A stretch of 64,000 nucleotides of DNA, from NCBI RefSeq assembly GCF_035594765.1, contig NC_085846.1, forward strand, positions 21,501,190 through 21,565,189, given 5' to 3'. The DNA is from Anolis carolinensis (Eukaryota). Each line of letters opens with the position of its first letter. Position 1 is the first letter of the stretch. A model generated the notes under the pieces. It was not told the origin of the DNA. It saw only the letters and a list, made by a program, of their open reading frames with translations, and searched no databases. The position numbers were made by a program, and so were the translations under genes. Below are positions 27,244 to 41,037 of this stretch, in pieces.

Positions 27244-28789
27244 AGTAAAGGTAAAGGTTTTCCCCTGAAGTTAAGTCCAGTCGTGTCCGACTCTGGGGGT
27301 TGGTGGAAATCTCCATTTCTAAGCCGAAGAGGCGGCGTTGTCCGCAGACACCTCCTAGTTCATGTCGCCAGCATGACTGCATGCCGTGCTATCTTCCTGC
27401 TGGAGCAGTACCTATTGATCTACTCACATTTGCATGTTTTCAAACTGCTAGATTGGCAAACCGCCTTTGACTGTGTGGAGCACAATAAATTGTGGCAAGT
27501 TCTTGGTGGTATGGAGATATGACTTGTTTTTATTGTTATTATCTGTTTTATTGCTTTGTTTTATTGTTGTGGACTGGACTTGGCCCCATGTAAGCCGCTC
27601 CGAGTCCCTTCGGGGAGATGGGGCGGGGCATAAAAATAAAATTATTATTATTATTATTATTATTATTAACAAGTCAGCGTGTCCATCTTCTGACCAAGTA
27701 GCAACAGTAAGGATAGACCACGGAACAACAGACTGGTTCAAGATTGGGAAAGGGCTGTATACAGGCAGGGCTGTATACTCTCACCCTACCTATTCAATTT
27801 GTATGCAGAACACATCATGCAACGTGTGGGGCCTGAGGAATCCAAGGCTGAAGTTAAAATTGCTGGAAGAAACATTAATAACCTTAGATATGCAAATGAT
27901 ACCACTCTGATGGCTGAAAGTGAGGAGGAGCTGAGGAGCCTTCTAACCAAGGTAAAAGAAGAAAGTCCAAAAGGTGGGTTGCAGTTAAACATTAAGAAAA
28001 CCAAGATTATGGCAACCAGACTGATTGATAACTGGCAAATGGAGGGGAAAAGATGTGGAGGCAGTGACAGACTTTGTATTTTAGGCGCAAAGATTTCTGC
28101 TGATGCAGACTGCAACTAGGAAATCAGAAGATGCTTACTTCTTGGGAGGAGAGCAATGACCAATCTTGATAAAATAGTGAAGAGTAGAGACATCACACTG
28201 GCAACAAAGGTCCCCATAGTTAAAGCAATGGTATTCCCCGTAGTAACTTATGGATGTGAAAGCTGGACCATGAGGAAGGCTGAGCGAAGGAAGATAGATG
28301 CTTTTGAACTGTGGTGTTGGAGGAAGATTCTGAGAGTGCCTTGGATCGCAAGAAGATCCAGCCAGTCCATACTCCAGGAAATAATGCCAGACTGCTCACT
28401 GGAGGGAAGGATATTGGAGGCAATGATGAAGTACTTTGGCCACATAATGAGAAGACAGGAAAGCTTGGAGAAGATAATGATTCTGGGGAAAATGGAAGGA
28501 AAAAGGAAGAGGGTCCGACCAAGGGCAAGATGGATGGATGTTATCCTTGAAGGGACTGGCTTGACCTTGAAGGAACTGGGGCTGTCGAAGGCAGACAGGG
28601 AGCTCTGGCGTAGACTGGTCCATGAGGTCACGAAGTGTCGGAAGCAACCCAACACATAAATAACAACAGCTTGGAAGAAGCTAGGGCTAAAAGTGGGAGC
28701 TCACTCTGCTGCCCAAATTCAAACCGCCGATCTTTCGGTCAGCAAGTTCAGCAGCTCAGCGGTTTAATCTGCTGCGCCACCGGGGCTCC
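27244..28789 (-). mobile_element. Sauria SINE split by a Bov-B insertion (SINE parts about 27244-27460 and 28671-28789)
   Basis: SINE sequence stops at CTGCTAGATTGGCA and resumes at TTGGAAGAAGCTAGGGCT on the far side of the LINE. Confidence 0.8.
27460..28668 (+). mobile_element. Bov-B (RTE) LINE, 5'-truncated, pseudogenised reverse transcriptase
   Basis: AFDCVEHNKLW, INNLRYANDTTLMAESEEEL (YADD motif mutated) and VTYGCESWT..KAERRKIDAFELWCWR; in-frame stop at about 28117. Confidence 0.92.
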
Positions 28790-29716
28790 TTAAGCGATTC
28801 CTAGACAGTACAATTTAAATTGAATTCATGAATAACCAAATCCTCAAAAGTCAAAGCCACAAATGTGGAAGGATGACTGTAGTTGTCAAGTCCTTGAAGT
28901 TGCACCTGGGAACAAGAAAAGTTTGATACTCCATTTTTGGAAAAATGTAAAGCCCAAGTTAATCTAGAATTGTTTCCATCTTGGTCAAAGTGCACCAGCT
29001 CCTTTATTAGTATTTTTTAAAAGATGCCCAGTTCTTTCTTTCTAGGCAATGTCCTGCCTTCTTTGAGCTCCAGAACAGCTTTCTTTTATGCCTCTGCCTG
29101 TTTATACTGTTTTCTCTCTCATGGTAGCTACTTCCGCTGTCGAACAAAGACTGTCTGAGAAGGACTAATTGGGCACTGGCACAAATATCTTCACAGCGAA
29201 GCTAATTCCTTCTTCATGATTATGCCAGCCTCTTTGCAACAAGAAGACTGCCTGGTTTACAGGCATGCTTTTCACACAGTAGTGTGAGAAAGAAGACAAA
29301 TAAATCAGTGCAGTGAACAAGGTTTTATTTGGGGAGCGGGGCCTAGGACTGGGTACCTTCAGTGGGCCCCATTAGCTTGAAAGAGAAAGGGCAGGCAAAA
29401 GAAAAATTCCCCAAGGCTGTCCTCTTATAATAAATGAAACAATACGCTTTGCAAAACCACCAGCTTTGGTCTCAGGACTTGTTTAGAGGACACACAGTGC
29501 AACCATTTGTCTGAAGCAAAGCAGGTTTGAGGTTTGGTGAATGCCAGAAGGGAACCCCATGAATGCTATTTTGAGTTTTGCAGTGGAAGAGCAGCAGGTA
29601 TAAATGTACTAAATGTACTGAATCAGAGCTTTTCAAACATTTCATGTTGGCGACACACTTTTTAAGCATGCATCATTTTGTGACATGTTAGTTCAGTTTT
29701 ACTGGCAAACCGAAGG

Positions 29717-30007
29717 GTTTTTTTCATGTCACAAGCAACTTGAGAAACTTCAAGTCGCTTCTGGTGTGAGAAAACTGGCTGTCTGCAAGGATGGTGCCCA
29801 AAGGACACCAGATGTTTTGAAGTTTTTACCATCCTTGTGGGAGGCTTCTCTCATGTCCCCGCAAGGAGCTGGAGCTGATAGAGGGAGCTCATCCGCACTC
29901 TCCTCAGGTTGGATTGAACCGGCAACCTTCAGGTCAGCAACCCAACCTTCAAGTCATCAGTCCTGCTGGCACAGAGGTTTAATCCACTGCACCACCAGGG
30001 GCTCCAT
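29717..30007 (-). mobile_element. tRNA-derived SINE (probable Vingi-type tail)
   Basis: 9-bp TSD AACCGAAGG (29708-29716, 30008-30016); same family as 13777-14020. Confidence 0.8.
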
Positions 30008-33000
30008 AACCGAAGGTTAAACCAATCCCCTATTAAAAGAGATACTAACATATACATGTAATAATGAAACATATAATGAAAATATTTCATTTACACTAAT
30101 CATTTCACATATATTACACATAGACTCAGAGGTTTTTTTGTTCTGTTTGCATGACACATTGACACACTGCAGCCAACACACTAACATGTCACAAAACGCA
30201 CATAGGGATCGGGACACATGTAACCATGCATTCTTCATAACAAGAATTTCCCAAGCCCACTGCCCTTCTTCATCCACCGAATCTTTGTCCATCTGATCTA
30301 TTTACTCCCCAAACTGGGAAAATACATTACTTGATCTCAGTTCCCATCATCCTTTGTCAACATGTTGAATGATCATAGAAGATGCAATCCAACAAATTTC
30401 AGAGGATCACAAATTCTTCACCTCTGCTGTGCTCCATTCTAGTTGTTCCTTTTTAATTATTTGTAAACTTATAGAAGGAGAAGGGCAGGAGAGCAGGTCT
30501 AATGGGAGCTATTCTGCTCTATTCCCTGACCCATTCATATCCTTGAAATCTCTCATCCCAGATGCCACTATAGTCTCCTGTGAATCTTACTTCCCCCCAC
30601 TTTCCGAACTTGCTGAATGAATGAGCAGAGCTCTCTCCATATCCATCTCCATCCCTATGTGTAGGTGTCTCTGTTCTACAATGACTATAGCTCAAGCTGC
30701 CTCAATTTTTTCCATAGTGTCAAAGACAAAGGAAAAACTAAAATTGGCTTCTGGTGACAGGAGAATCATTCCATAACCTCTTCTTTTCAAATTCAGAAGC
30801 CAAGCAAAGCGGGATCTGTAACAAAGAGTCCTCTTACGAAAGATCACAACCATAGGATACTCTGATCGGGTCTCATCAATAGTGAATCAAACAGGATTCT
30901 GTCTGCTTTTGCTTGCTGTCTCATTAGGAAAGTAATCTAACCTAATCTCTAAGTACAAAGGAAGGAATAGCAAGCCCAGGGAAATATGGATTTGCAGATC
31001 TATCAATAAGTCAGCCAAATCTTTTGTAAATCTTGGGATTTTCCATGTCAGCTAATTCCTCCTTCATGTGCCTGGATAATGCAGGGATGTCAATTAATCA
31101 CTGTTGGGTGTCTATGTTCCGTAATACTAAACATTCGGTACTTTTAAATTATCTCAGTTTGGCAGGGACAGTCACAATTAATCTTCAAACGCCCCCCCAC
31201 CCCCCCAAAAAAACAAAACTTTTCCAACTGCTTTGGAAGTGTCTCAGTTTCTCTCTTCCTTCAGTGTCCTTCTTTGTCCTCAGTTTACCTGAAATGATGC
31301 TGTCTGAATTCAAAGCGCAAAAGTAGTTTTTTGCACTCAGTGAACTCAGCAGGGGAAGAAATGAGAAGGGGCAAAATCCTGCCTTTCCCAGTAGAGGAAA
31401 GCAAACAGCTGCAGCCTCTCCCCTCCTTTCCCACTTAAAACTTTTGCCATCTGGTTTCATCAGTGAAATGTTGGAGGGTGTGACATTTAAGAGTTCATAC
31501 TCTGTATAACTTTCAAAGTAACTGGACATCGAGTCAAGCTTTGGAAAAACTACTTGTCTTTATTAATTACATGAACTCCATGGACATCTTTCGCAACCCC
31601 TGCCCTAAGCACCACAATATATTTAGGAGGGATTTACTGAATTTAGACACATAGTCCACTCTCTTTAGGCTCCTTGCTCACTGATATGACTGAAGTTCAT
31701 TTGTTAAAAGCTTACTCTCTCTGAACTTTGCTCCTGCCCACCTACCATAAACTGTGCCCTAATTGATTAATGTTTATCTATTTTAGTTCCTAGCATGAGA
31801 TCATGAAGAGTCGGAAACGATTATGCGACTGAGCAGCAGCAGCAGCAATTATTTTTAGGCTATTCCCGAAGAACTGAGTTAGTTTTATGTACATAAAGTT
31901 AAATAAAAGCCTTTACAATTACATAAAATATGATACATCTGACACTTTATTTGCATGCCCAAAATATAGGCTGAATCTACACTTAATCAAAAAACTTGGA
32001 GTAAACTGCTCCAAAGCTACCTTGATGCTGGTTTCTTGCACCGTAGTCTTCTTAAGCTTGGCACTCATGTACTGAGAGCTTCAGATCAGTATACTCAAAT
32101 ATTCCATGCCTGAAACCTGGGATACAAGATGTGGCCAAGCAATAGTAGAGTGTGGTCAAGGTGGCAAAAGTTATTAATGGGGAAGTACATAAAAGCTATA
32201 GGAGAGGCTGCAGCAGTTTGCTTTCGCCTCACCCTGCTGAGAAGGGCAAGGCTATGCCTTTCCTTACCCCAACAGAAAGTTATTTGAAAACTACTTTTAC
32301 ATTTAGAAGTAGCCAGAGAACACAGGGAACAAATGGAAGCAAAACAGATTTTAAAAACAGAGGATTAGTCAGGACCATCTCTGTAGGGTGTGCAACTGTG
32401 CTTATCTGCATCTTATAGAATGGAGATCTAGATAAACATGTGTGTGTTTCAGTCTTTCAAGTGATATAGGATAGGAAGGTAGCCACAATGGTAAGAAGAA
32501 AGAGACCTGTGCATGTTTTGGTGTTTGAAGATACCAAAAACCTGGTTCTGGTTAACTTCATTCATTTGCCAATTTATTTCTGCAGGCACATACACCTCTG
32601 CTCCAGAAGGCGGAAGCAATCAGCATCAAGCAGCATCATGGGAATGGCATGGCAGGGGAAATAAAGGCACAAATGGTTCAAGAAAACTTGAAAACTTGAA
32701 AATAAAAACCACGGAGCAACTTGATATAAGCAGATAGGGAATCAAGATTAATTCCCAAGATTAAGTTTAGGAAATTTCACTCTGTGATGGTGTCGTCCTG
32801 GAATGAACTCTGTTATCTTTTCCTCTATGCAACAGCTTCCATTAGACTTTTTTTTTTTTTTTTTGCTGTGTGTGGCCTCATAGATGTACTAGGTGCCAAA
32901 ACACTGGACTTCACATTTGGACCTACCCAAATGTACTGGACTCCACCTCTGACTCTCTTTTTGACTGGCTGTAGAATATAGCGTGGCGTTCTAGATGTTG

Positions 33001-33269
33001 CTGGGCTCCAATTCCCATCAAACTTGGTCACTCTTTCTAATGGTGAAATGTGATGGGTCCAATAGTTCATCCACATCTGGATGGCTGAAGATCGCTCTTC
33101 CGTCAGTTGGAGGCTTCTCTTGATTCTTGACTCCAGGGATTACACATCAAAACTTCCTTTCTTTTCAAGTTTACTGCACAAGGTTGAGAACTGGTTTGAA
33201 GGCTGGAAAAGGATAAAAGGCATTTGAAAGGTTCAGCCCAGACTATTTGTAAAACTACATCTCTGTATA

Positions 33270-33707
33270 CCAACCGGCTCAAACATTGTGATCTGCGGAG
33301 TACCTACCTCCATCTCAAGCATGGCTGATGGGAACGAGAGAGGGGGCCTTCTCCATGGTCGCTCTCCACCTCTGGAATTGCCTCCCAAAAGAACTAAAAA
33401 CTGCTCCCTCTCTCCTCACCTTTAAAAAGTCGCTAAAAACCCACTTTTGCTCTCTGGTGTACATCTCGAGATTAGTACATCTCGACAAACATCATTATCT
33501 AGATATGTCAAATCTTTATGCCTTGTCTGGAATTGACTTTAACCTGATGGTTTGTCTGCTATTAAGTTCAAGTTAGGCTGTTTTATATCGTTTGATGTAT
33601 TTGATTTAATTTGTTTATATATTTTCTCGTTGGCATTGAATGTTTGCCATATATGTTGGAAACTGCCCTGAGTCCTTTCAGTGGGATAGGGTGGTCTACA
33701 AATAAAG

Positions 33708-33774
<67 letters not shown>

Positions 33775-33776
33775 GA
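33270..33776 (+). mobile_element. L2 LINE 3' fragment ending in a (GTT)n microsatellite (about 33708-33776)
   Basis: AFSMVALHLWNCLPKELKTAPSLLTFKKSLKTH is an L2 RT C-terminal motif; CCCTGAGTCC..GGGATAGGGTGG tail. Another L2-type tail at about 23930-24192. Confidence 0.75.
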
Positions 33777-34485
33777 AAGTGGCTTGCAATTGCTAACATC
33801 TTATTTAATGCTTCGGGACTGGAAAGTGGTCAATGAAGTATTGCTTCTTTGTCTTACATCATGCCAACTGGAAAATATATCTCAAACATCCTATTCAATA
33901 AGCAACAACAAACCTGGTTGTAAGTATGAAGTTAGCCACTTTTTCGTTGGCAGATTATAGTTGTGTACCTATATTTCTTTAAGTCGATTATAAACAACAG
34001 CTGGGCACAAAGGCAGCTCTACCATTAGGGAGGGTGAAGTGGATATATCAGGCAACAGATGTTGGTATTGGGGTGAAAGTGGTAGCAAGGTGCTGGAAGA
34101 ACGGGTTCTGTGTGCTATGAACTGAGCCACCCTTCGCTATGTGTGGTCCTTAGGTATGCTACAAGATTTGTCTCATCACCGTTGCTGAAGTCAGACTCAT
34201 TTGCCTGCTCAGGCTGTATTCACAATGCAGACTTATAGTCATTGACACCACATTAACTGCCATGGGACACTGATATAGTACAATAGTAAAACACACTTAA
34301 AAACCAGGTATGCACAGGAGGTCCTGGAAACTAACCCCAACAGATACCAAAGACCCACTGTACTCCTGTTTTTGCTTGCAAGGATATTGTATATTCCAGA
34401 TACGAGTTATTGCAGATGGATAGTTGCTTAATTAGATAGCAATTAAAGACTTAACAAATCCTGCAGAAGATTCATCTTTGCTCTC

Positions 34486-34701
34486 TCTTGCTTCCTCAAC
34501 TTCTGCAGGAACCCAACTGCCACTTAAGTTTAGCTTTTGGCTTAAATACCTATGGCCTAAAGCAAGGGAGCAAAGGTGGCTTCTTGCTTCATCTGCTTCT
34601 TCAGAAACCCAACTGCCACTTAAGTTCAGCTTTTGGCTTAAATACCCATGGCCTGAAGCAAGGGAGCAAAGGTGGCTTCTTGCTTCCTCAGCTTCTGCAG
34701 G
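34486..34701. repeat. 96-bp direct tandem repeat, about 2.25 copies
   Basis: TCTTGCTTC recurs at 34486, 34582 and 34678; units are about 90% alike by eye. Confidence 0.88.
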
Positions 34702-35683
34702 TATACATAATTGCTTTCTGGAAAATATAGAAAGGAATGCTGAGCTGATGTTTGGTTGGATAAACTCACAGTTTAGAAAAGTTACTTGTTGGATTGCGCT
34801 GCTGTTGCCCAAAAATTAAGTTTACAAATCTCTGCTCAAACTTCAAAATTCAATTTTAAGAACTCTACTGGCTTCTCCCCTAATATAACCAGTTTCCATT
34901 TCCAAGCCCTTGGGAGCCAGTGGCCAAATTGTTCCCGCCTCCCCAAGGTAAACGATACACTGTCTCTCTTCATTGCCATGAGCCTGCTTGAATCCTATTG
35001 AGTGCAGACTACCGGGGGAACCAAACACACAAGACTCTTTGTCTTGGTACATCAGGCCTGACCTACATTCCTACTGGAGTGCTCTCGGTTTCTACAGCAC
35101 AACGGGCTGAGAATCCAGAGGGGAAGCAAAATTAAACAGCATAACCGGAGAGCAAAGCCACACATCTTGGGCTGAAACAGGACTGTGAGGTGTGAATGGG
35201 GGGAGGCAAGGATTTCAGGTTTGACTTCTTCCCCCCAAATGGGCTACATTCTTCTCTTCTGTTGGATTTCAATTTCCATTGAAATCAGCCGAAGTGCCAG
35301 CACTGGGCAGAAGCTCAATTGGAGCTCTATTGCTGGCTAGGAGTGGATCCTGTCTAGGGTCATCTGGACAACAGCCCTGGATTCGGCACAAATGTAAATC
35401 TGGCTGGATTGCTTGGTGAAGGTGCTCTCTTGAGCTTGATCTACACTGCCCTGTGTCCCAAGATCTGATCTCAGATTATCTTCTTATCCCAGATTTTCTG
35501 CTTTGAACTGGATTATATGAGTCTACACTGTCAGATAATCTGGGATAAGATAATCTGAGGTCAGATCTTGGGACATAGGGCAGTGTAGATCCAGCCTTTG
35601 TCTTGATACAATGTGTATAATCTGGGCTTACAAAAATGTTTTTTTGATTATATCTAATTGCAGGAATATTTATATAAAAATAA

Positions 35684-35974
35684 CACAGCCCAACCCAATT
35701 TTTTTTCTTGGTTTCTTGGTTTTTAGGCCTGTTCCTGGGGTTATTTGAGGTTCTGGTTCAGAAAGCTGCATTAGATAGGCTACATCTGCTCTGTTTAATA
35801 TGGTTATCATGATTTTCCATGGGTGAGTAGATGAAGACTAGTATATTCTGTATGTTCTGTATCTCAAAAACTAGCAACGATAGGGGAAAACTGGTGCCAT
35901 TTTTGAAATCAGCAGTTCAGATATACCCAGAAACAAGTCTAACATTTGAGGCACAAAATATGTCTTGTCCAGTG
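35684..35974. mobile_element. Chapaev3-type MITE
   Basis: CAC...GTG termini with TAA on both sides; a 5' fragment of the same family at about 36354-36407. Confidence 0.55.
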
Positions 35975-37211
35975 TAATGCATTTCTGCTGAAACACTGCA
36001 AAACAGTTGTTTAGATGATCATTTTGGAGTTGCCTCCCTGATAGTGTCATCCAGGACAGACTGCACCCTCTGCACCTCCCTTGTGACACCACTGCCTCAT
36101 TGTGAAAGATCAGCCTTTGAAACCACACAACCTTTGTGGCTGTCCCTTTATCTATATAGATTCTTATGCATTAAAACTGCATGCTTCTCTTGCCCATTCC
36201 AATCAGATGCAAACTCCAGCAAATAAATCATGGTTTATGAGAATCAACAGTAAACACATCTGTTCCAGTTGTTCCTCCTGCTGTCTCTTGTGAAATATGT
36301 TTTGCAGATTTTTGGAGGCATGAATAAAAACCCAAGCTGGTTATCACAACTTACACAGCCCAACCCCAAAAAATGTTTTTGTGTGTCTTGTTTTTTAGGC
36401 CTGTTCCTTTGGAAGAGAATTGCACGAGTACAGTGGACCCTTGGTATCTGATGGAGTTTGGCTAGGGACCCCAGTATATACATGGAATAGTAAATTGGCA
36501 TCCCTTATACATTTTTTTTGGCAAAATCAAGTTTAGCTTTTTTGGATTCATTCTCATATTTTCAAGCTGTGGATAGTTTTATCTATAGATACAGAATTTG
36601 TGGGTATAGAGTGCTGCTGACTTCTAATTCCACTAATGCTATAATCCACTCATCCTGTTAGGCTATATTTTAACTACGCTGAAAAAAATAATATAAAACT
36701 TAAAATTCATGCATACTTTATTGCATAAAAATGAATCTCTTTTTTTCTATGGTTACTGGGTTAACCCACTACCTGCCTTGATTGAAGAGACAAATGTTGC
36801 TGATACAGTTTGTTGCTCACTAGCACAAAGCAAAGAAAGGGTGGAAAGGGAGTATAAGGAGGGTGGGTAGGTGAAACCATGGAGATAAAATTCATTGATA
36901 AAGGGGTCATGCTATACTCCCAAGCTCTGCCAAGCTGGAGCTGAATTTGTCCAGTTCTACCCATGAACTAAACGGGGAACTCTGCTAATGCCTAACGAAT
37001 CAGTGTGACAAAGGGTAAGTTAAATTATGCAAGCTTTGAAGCACATGGATAAAGTTCATTTTTTCATTCCTCTTTTCACAAAGTTAGGAATCAGTCATTG
37101 AGTGCAATTTGCTGGACGTAGATTCAGGACAGACAAGAGAAAAAAGTTCTTCCCTGGTTGCTGGTGGCAAGGAAGAAGGACTGGTGCAGAAAAAGGAATT
37201 TCAATAGCTAC

Positions 37212-37675
37212 ATAGAATCATAGAATTGGAAGAGACCTCATGGGCCATCCAGTCCAACCCCCTGCTATGCAAGAAAAGCACAATTAAAGCACCCTCGATA
37301 GATGGCCATCCAGCCTCTGGTTAAAAGCCTCCAAAGAAGGAGCCTCCGCCACACTCTGGGGCAGAGAGTTCCACTGCTGAACAGCTCTCACACTTAGGAA
37401 GTTCTTCCTAATGTTCAGGTGGAATCTCCTTTCCTGTAATTTGAAGCCATTGTTCCGCGTCCTAGTCTCCAGGGCAACAGAAAACATGCTTGCTCCCTCC
37501 TCCCTATGACTTCCCCTCACATATTTATAAATGGCCCTCATCATGTCTCTTCTCAGCCTTCTCTTCTGCAGGCTAAACTTGCCCAACTCGTTAAGCTGCT
37601 CTTCATAGAACTTGTTCTCCAGACCCTTGATCAATTTAGTCGCCCTCCTTTGGACATATTCCAGCTTGTCAACAT
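37212..37675 (-). mobile_element. CR1 LINE 3' fragment
   Basis: Minus-strand [11 protein letters not shown]...RKNFLSVRAVQQWNSLPQSVAEAPSLEAF; CATAGAAT tail repeats. Confidence 0.9.
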
Positions 37676-38086
37676 CTATTTATACCTAGGAGTTAAAGTC
37701 CCAGGAGTCAATCCTCTTTTGTCTTAGGTCACTTTATTCTTTAAACAACACAACATTGATTTTTTTTAAAATCACTATGCCCTTTTGGATTAATTGTCAT
37801 TGGCTTAAATACTAACCAGCCAACTTGTCAAGACACAAGTAGGTCTCCATTATTCTCATCCTGCTCTACCATTGACCAAGTGTAGACTTATTTAAAGCAT
37901 TGCATTCAACTGCAGTATATGAGTCTAGATTGCCCATATAATGTAGTTTCAAATTACAAAGAATTCAACAACAGCTAGTGTGTCATGAACTCCCAGTTAA
38001 TAAACCTCCACCCTCAAGACCATTACATCAATGAATACTTCTGGCTATATAGTGATCAGCAGTAGAGAAATGCTATTATCTGCATA

Positions 38087-38363
38087 AGTAAAGTTAAAGG
38101 TTTTCCCCTGACATTAAGTCCAGTCGTGTCCATCTCTGGGGGTTGGTGCTCATCTCCATCTCTAAGCCAAAGAGCTGGCGTTGTTCATAGACACCTCCAA
38201 GGTCATGTGGCCGGCATTACTGCATGGAGCACTGTTACCTTCCCGCCGGAATGGTACCTATTGATCTACTCACATTTGCATGTTTTCGAACTGCTAGGTT
38301 GGCAGAAGCTGGGGCCAATAGCGGGAGCTCACTCCGCTCCCTGGATTTAAACCGCTGACTTTT
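38087..38363 (-). mobile_element. Sauria SINE, 5'-truncated; the same insertion is present at about 56510-56697
   Basis: TSD TGCATA; identical truncation point and downstream flank in the second SLC27A unit. Confidence 0.82.
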
Positions 38364-40559
38364 TGCATACTCTGAACTAAATGAGCTAGCACTCTCTCTC
38401 TCTGACATGCAGGGAGTTAGGCCAGGATCACATTTTGGGAACAAATACCCCAAAGCAGAGGGTTGTTGCAAGCAGGGACAGGTTAATCTCTGCCGAATTG
38501 CACTTGCTCTCTCCAGCTTCCTCAGTCATCATATTTCCAAGAGGGGAAAATCATGGTAGTAGCAAAGAGTGGTAAGTCTGGTTCTGGTATTCGAATGTCA
38601 TCATTGTGTTCTACTTTTACTATTGTAATATCCTTTAATTCAGTTGTTACCAGACTATTGTGCAGCTGAGCCCCTTCCATACCGCTGTATAAAATCTACA
38701 TTGAACTGGATTATATGGCAGTGTGGACTCCGATAATTCAGGTCAAACCAGATATTGTGGGTTATGTGCCTTGATATTCTGGGTTATATGGCTGTGTTGA
38801 AGGCCTCTGAGTTCACAATTTCCCAGAAAAATCCAAAGGGAGAGTCCAGTGTGCAATTCCTGAACCCCAAATGTTGCCCATCACAACAGATAGACCCAGA
38901 GATCAACTAGTCAACAATTAACAAGTAGGCTGTTTCACTTTCTCACCAGAAAGGTTTGGTTTGTTTGTAACCCTGGAGATTTCAATGAAGGTTTATTCTT
39001 CTGAATATTTTCATCACGAAGATAGACAGAATCAAATTCATAGTTTATTATGTACTTTCTTGTAGAGGGCTTCACGTTGTCATAGTGTTGTTATGTGCCT
39101 TCAAGTTGTTTCCAACCTATTACAATCCCAGTTGGACCCTACTGCAGGGTTTTCTATTATGATTTGTTCAAAATAGGTTTGCCATTGCTTTCCTTTGAGG
39201 CTGATATAGTGTGAATTGCACAAGTTACTCAGCGTGTTTCATGGCTGAGCAGGGATTTGAACCCAGATCACCAAAGCCCTAGTCCCATGTGAAAACCACT
39301 GACTCCACAGTGTGTTTCTAATGCCTCCAAGGGAGACTTTTTTGTGAAATAAGAAAGTTAACTGGATCAGTGAGTCAGCTGTAATAATGTGGTGGAAAGA
39401 ACTGTGTGCTTGTTCGCTGAATGGGAGAAGAGCAGGAGTATTATGGTACATAAAATGAAGGAATTTACTGTGAACAAACCAAATAATTTTGCTTGCCAAC
39501 AATACAGTTTCATTTAAATTAAATTACATAAAATTAGGCCAACTTTTTTAATAAGGAAGAATTGGCACTCAGCACAAAATGTGTCTATGATTAATACAGA
39601 GACGAATACTGGTATGCCATTTTCTTGAGAAATCTTGAGCAATAGGAATGTGTCATCTTTAGAAAAGTGACCTGGTGGGTGCGGGGATAAGGCACTCAGC
39701 TGTGTAACCCCCAATGATCTTTTTGATACAAAAGATCTCATTTTCTGTAAAAGACCTACCAAAAAATCATAACAAAAGATAACACCCAGGGCACTGAAAT
39801 CATCGCACTCCAATGTCAGCAACGAAGCACGATGTAAAGTAGCACAATAAAAGTATCCTGTGAGTAGAATCACAGGGGAAAAAAGGAACAATAATTTCAG
39901 GGCCCTTCCACACAACCATATAACCAGGATAACAGGGCAGAATAACCCGCAATATCGGCTTTGAACTGGAATATCTGAGTTCACACTGACATATATCCCA
40001 GTTCAAAGCAGATAATGTGGGATTTTATTCAGCTGTGCGGAAGAAGCCTCAGATGAGGTAGCTTTGATGGAACAGCAATCCCAAAAGACCCCCAATCAAG
40101 AAATATTTCAAAAATCTAATCTCAGAAGTGAACGTGTCTCAAATGAAACTTCTGATAAATCTGATTCGGTTCCAAATTTTCACTACTTTTAAAAAACAAT
40201 ACTGCCAGGTTTCAGTGCAGTATGATTTCATATAATGCCATTCCAATGTAAAGTATGAAGTCATAAAGCAAACTGTGTTATGTGTGAAATGTTGCAAGGA
40301 AAAGCAGTTGGGAGACACCAGGCAGCAAAGAGCGAGGCAGCATTCAAGTGTGATCTCCTGCCAGTGAAAGTTTAGAGACTGGTAGCCAAGGATTTCCTCA
40401 AATCAGCCTGCAGGGACAGAGGGGTGGGAAGGGTGAGAATTTTCCTCTTGGTTGGTTGTTGCTCTTTGCTTCTTGTCTTCCACACAGAAGGAGTTGGACA
40501 GAGCCCTCAAAAAGCAGCGTGCCTGCTGCTGCCAAGGCATTTGACTCCAGATCCTAGCC

Positions 40560-41037
40560 ATGCTGGACCTGTATACAATTGCGCTGGGGCTGCTGATTCT
40601 TTTGCCCCTCCTGGGAAACATTTTCTTCCCTTACCTTTGGCTGGACCTGGTCTACTTCTGTACCATAGTGAAAAGTGGATACAAACTCCTACAGTGTCTT
40701 CGGCGGACTCCTCCTGTTACCCTCCTGGATGCTTTCTTGGAGAAAGTCAAGAAACATCCCGAGAAGCCACTGATTCTCTTTGGAGATGAGGTCTATACCT
40801 ACCAAGACATTGACAAGCGCAGCAATCAGGTGGCCAGAGTGTTACAGGGCCATGTGGGGCTGAAAGAATATCAAACGATGGCTGTTTTCCTGAAGAATGT
40901 TCCTGCCTATCTCTGGGTCTGGATGGGCTTGGAGAAAATTAGCTGTACCATGGCGTGTATCAATTACAACATCCGATCAAAGTCCCTGTTACACGTGCTC
41001 AGCTCCTGCGATGCCAAAGTGCTATTGACCACTCCAG
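40560..41037 (+). CDS. SLC27A2-like: SLC27A copy 1, exon 1
   Basis: GCCATG start, N-terminal hydrophobic anchor, donor CCAG|GTGAGC. Confidence 0.92.

Noticed and set aside
27799-28659. Reverse-transcriptase ORFs as a functional gene
   Set aside because: 5'-truncated Bov-B with a stop, frameshifts and YADD changed to YAND.
33539-33799. Poly-Q, poly-N and poly-L ORFs (also poly-Y near 44700 and poly-V near 59440)
   Set aside because: Translations of trinucleotide microsatellites.
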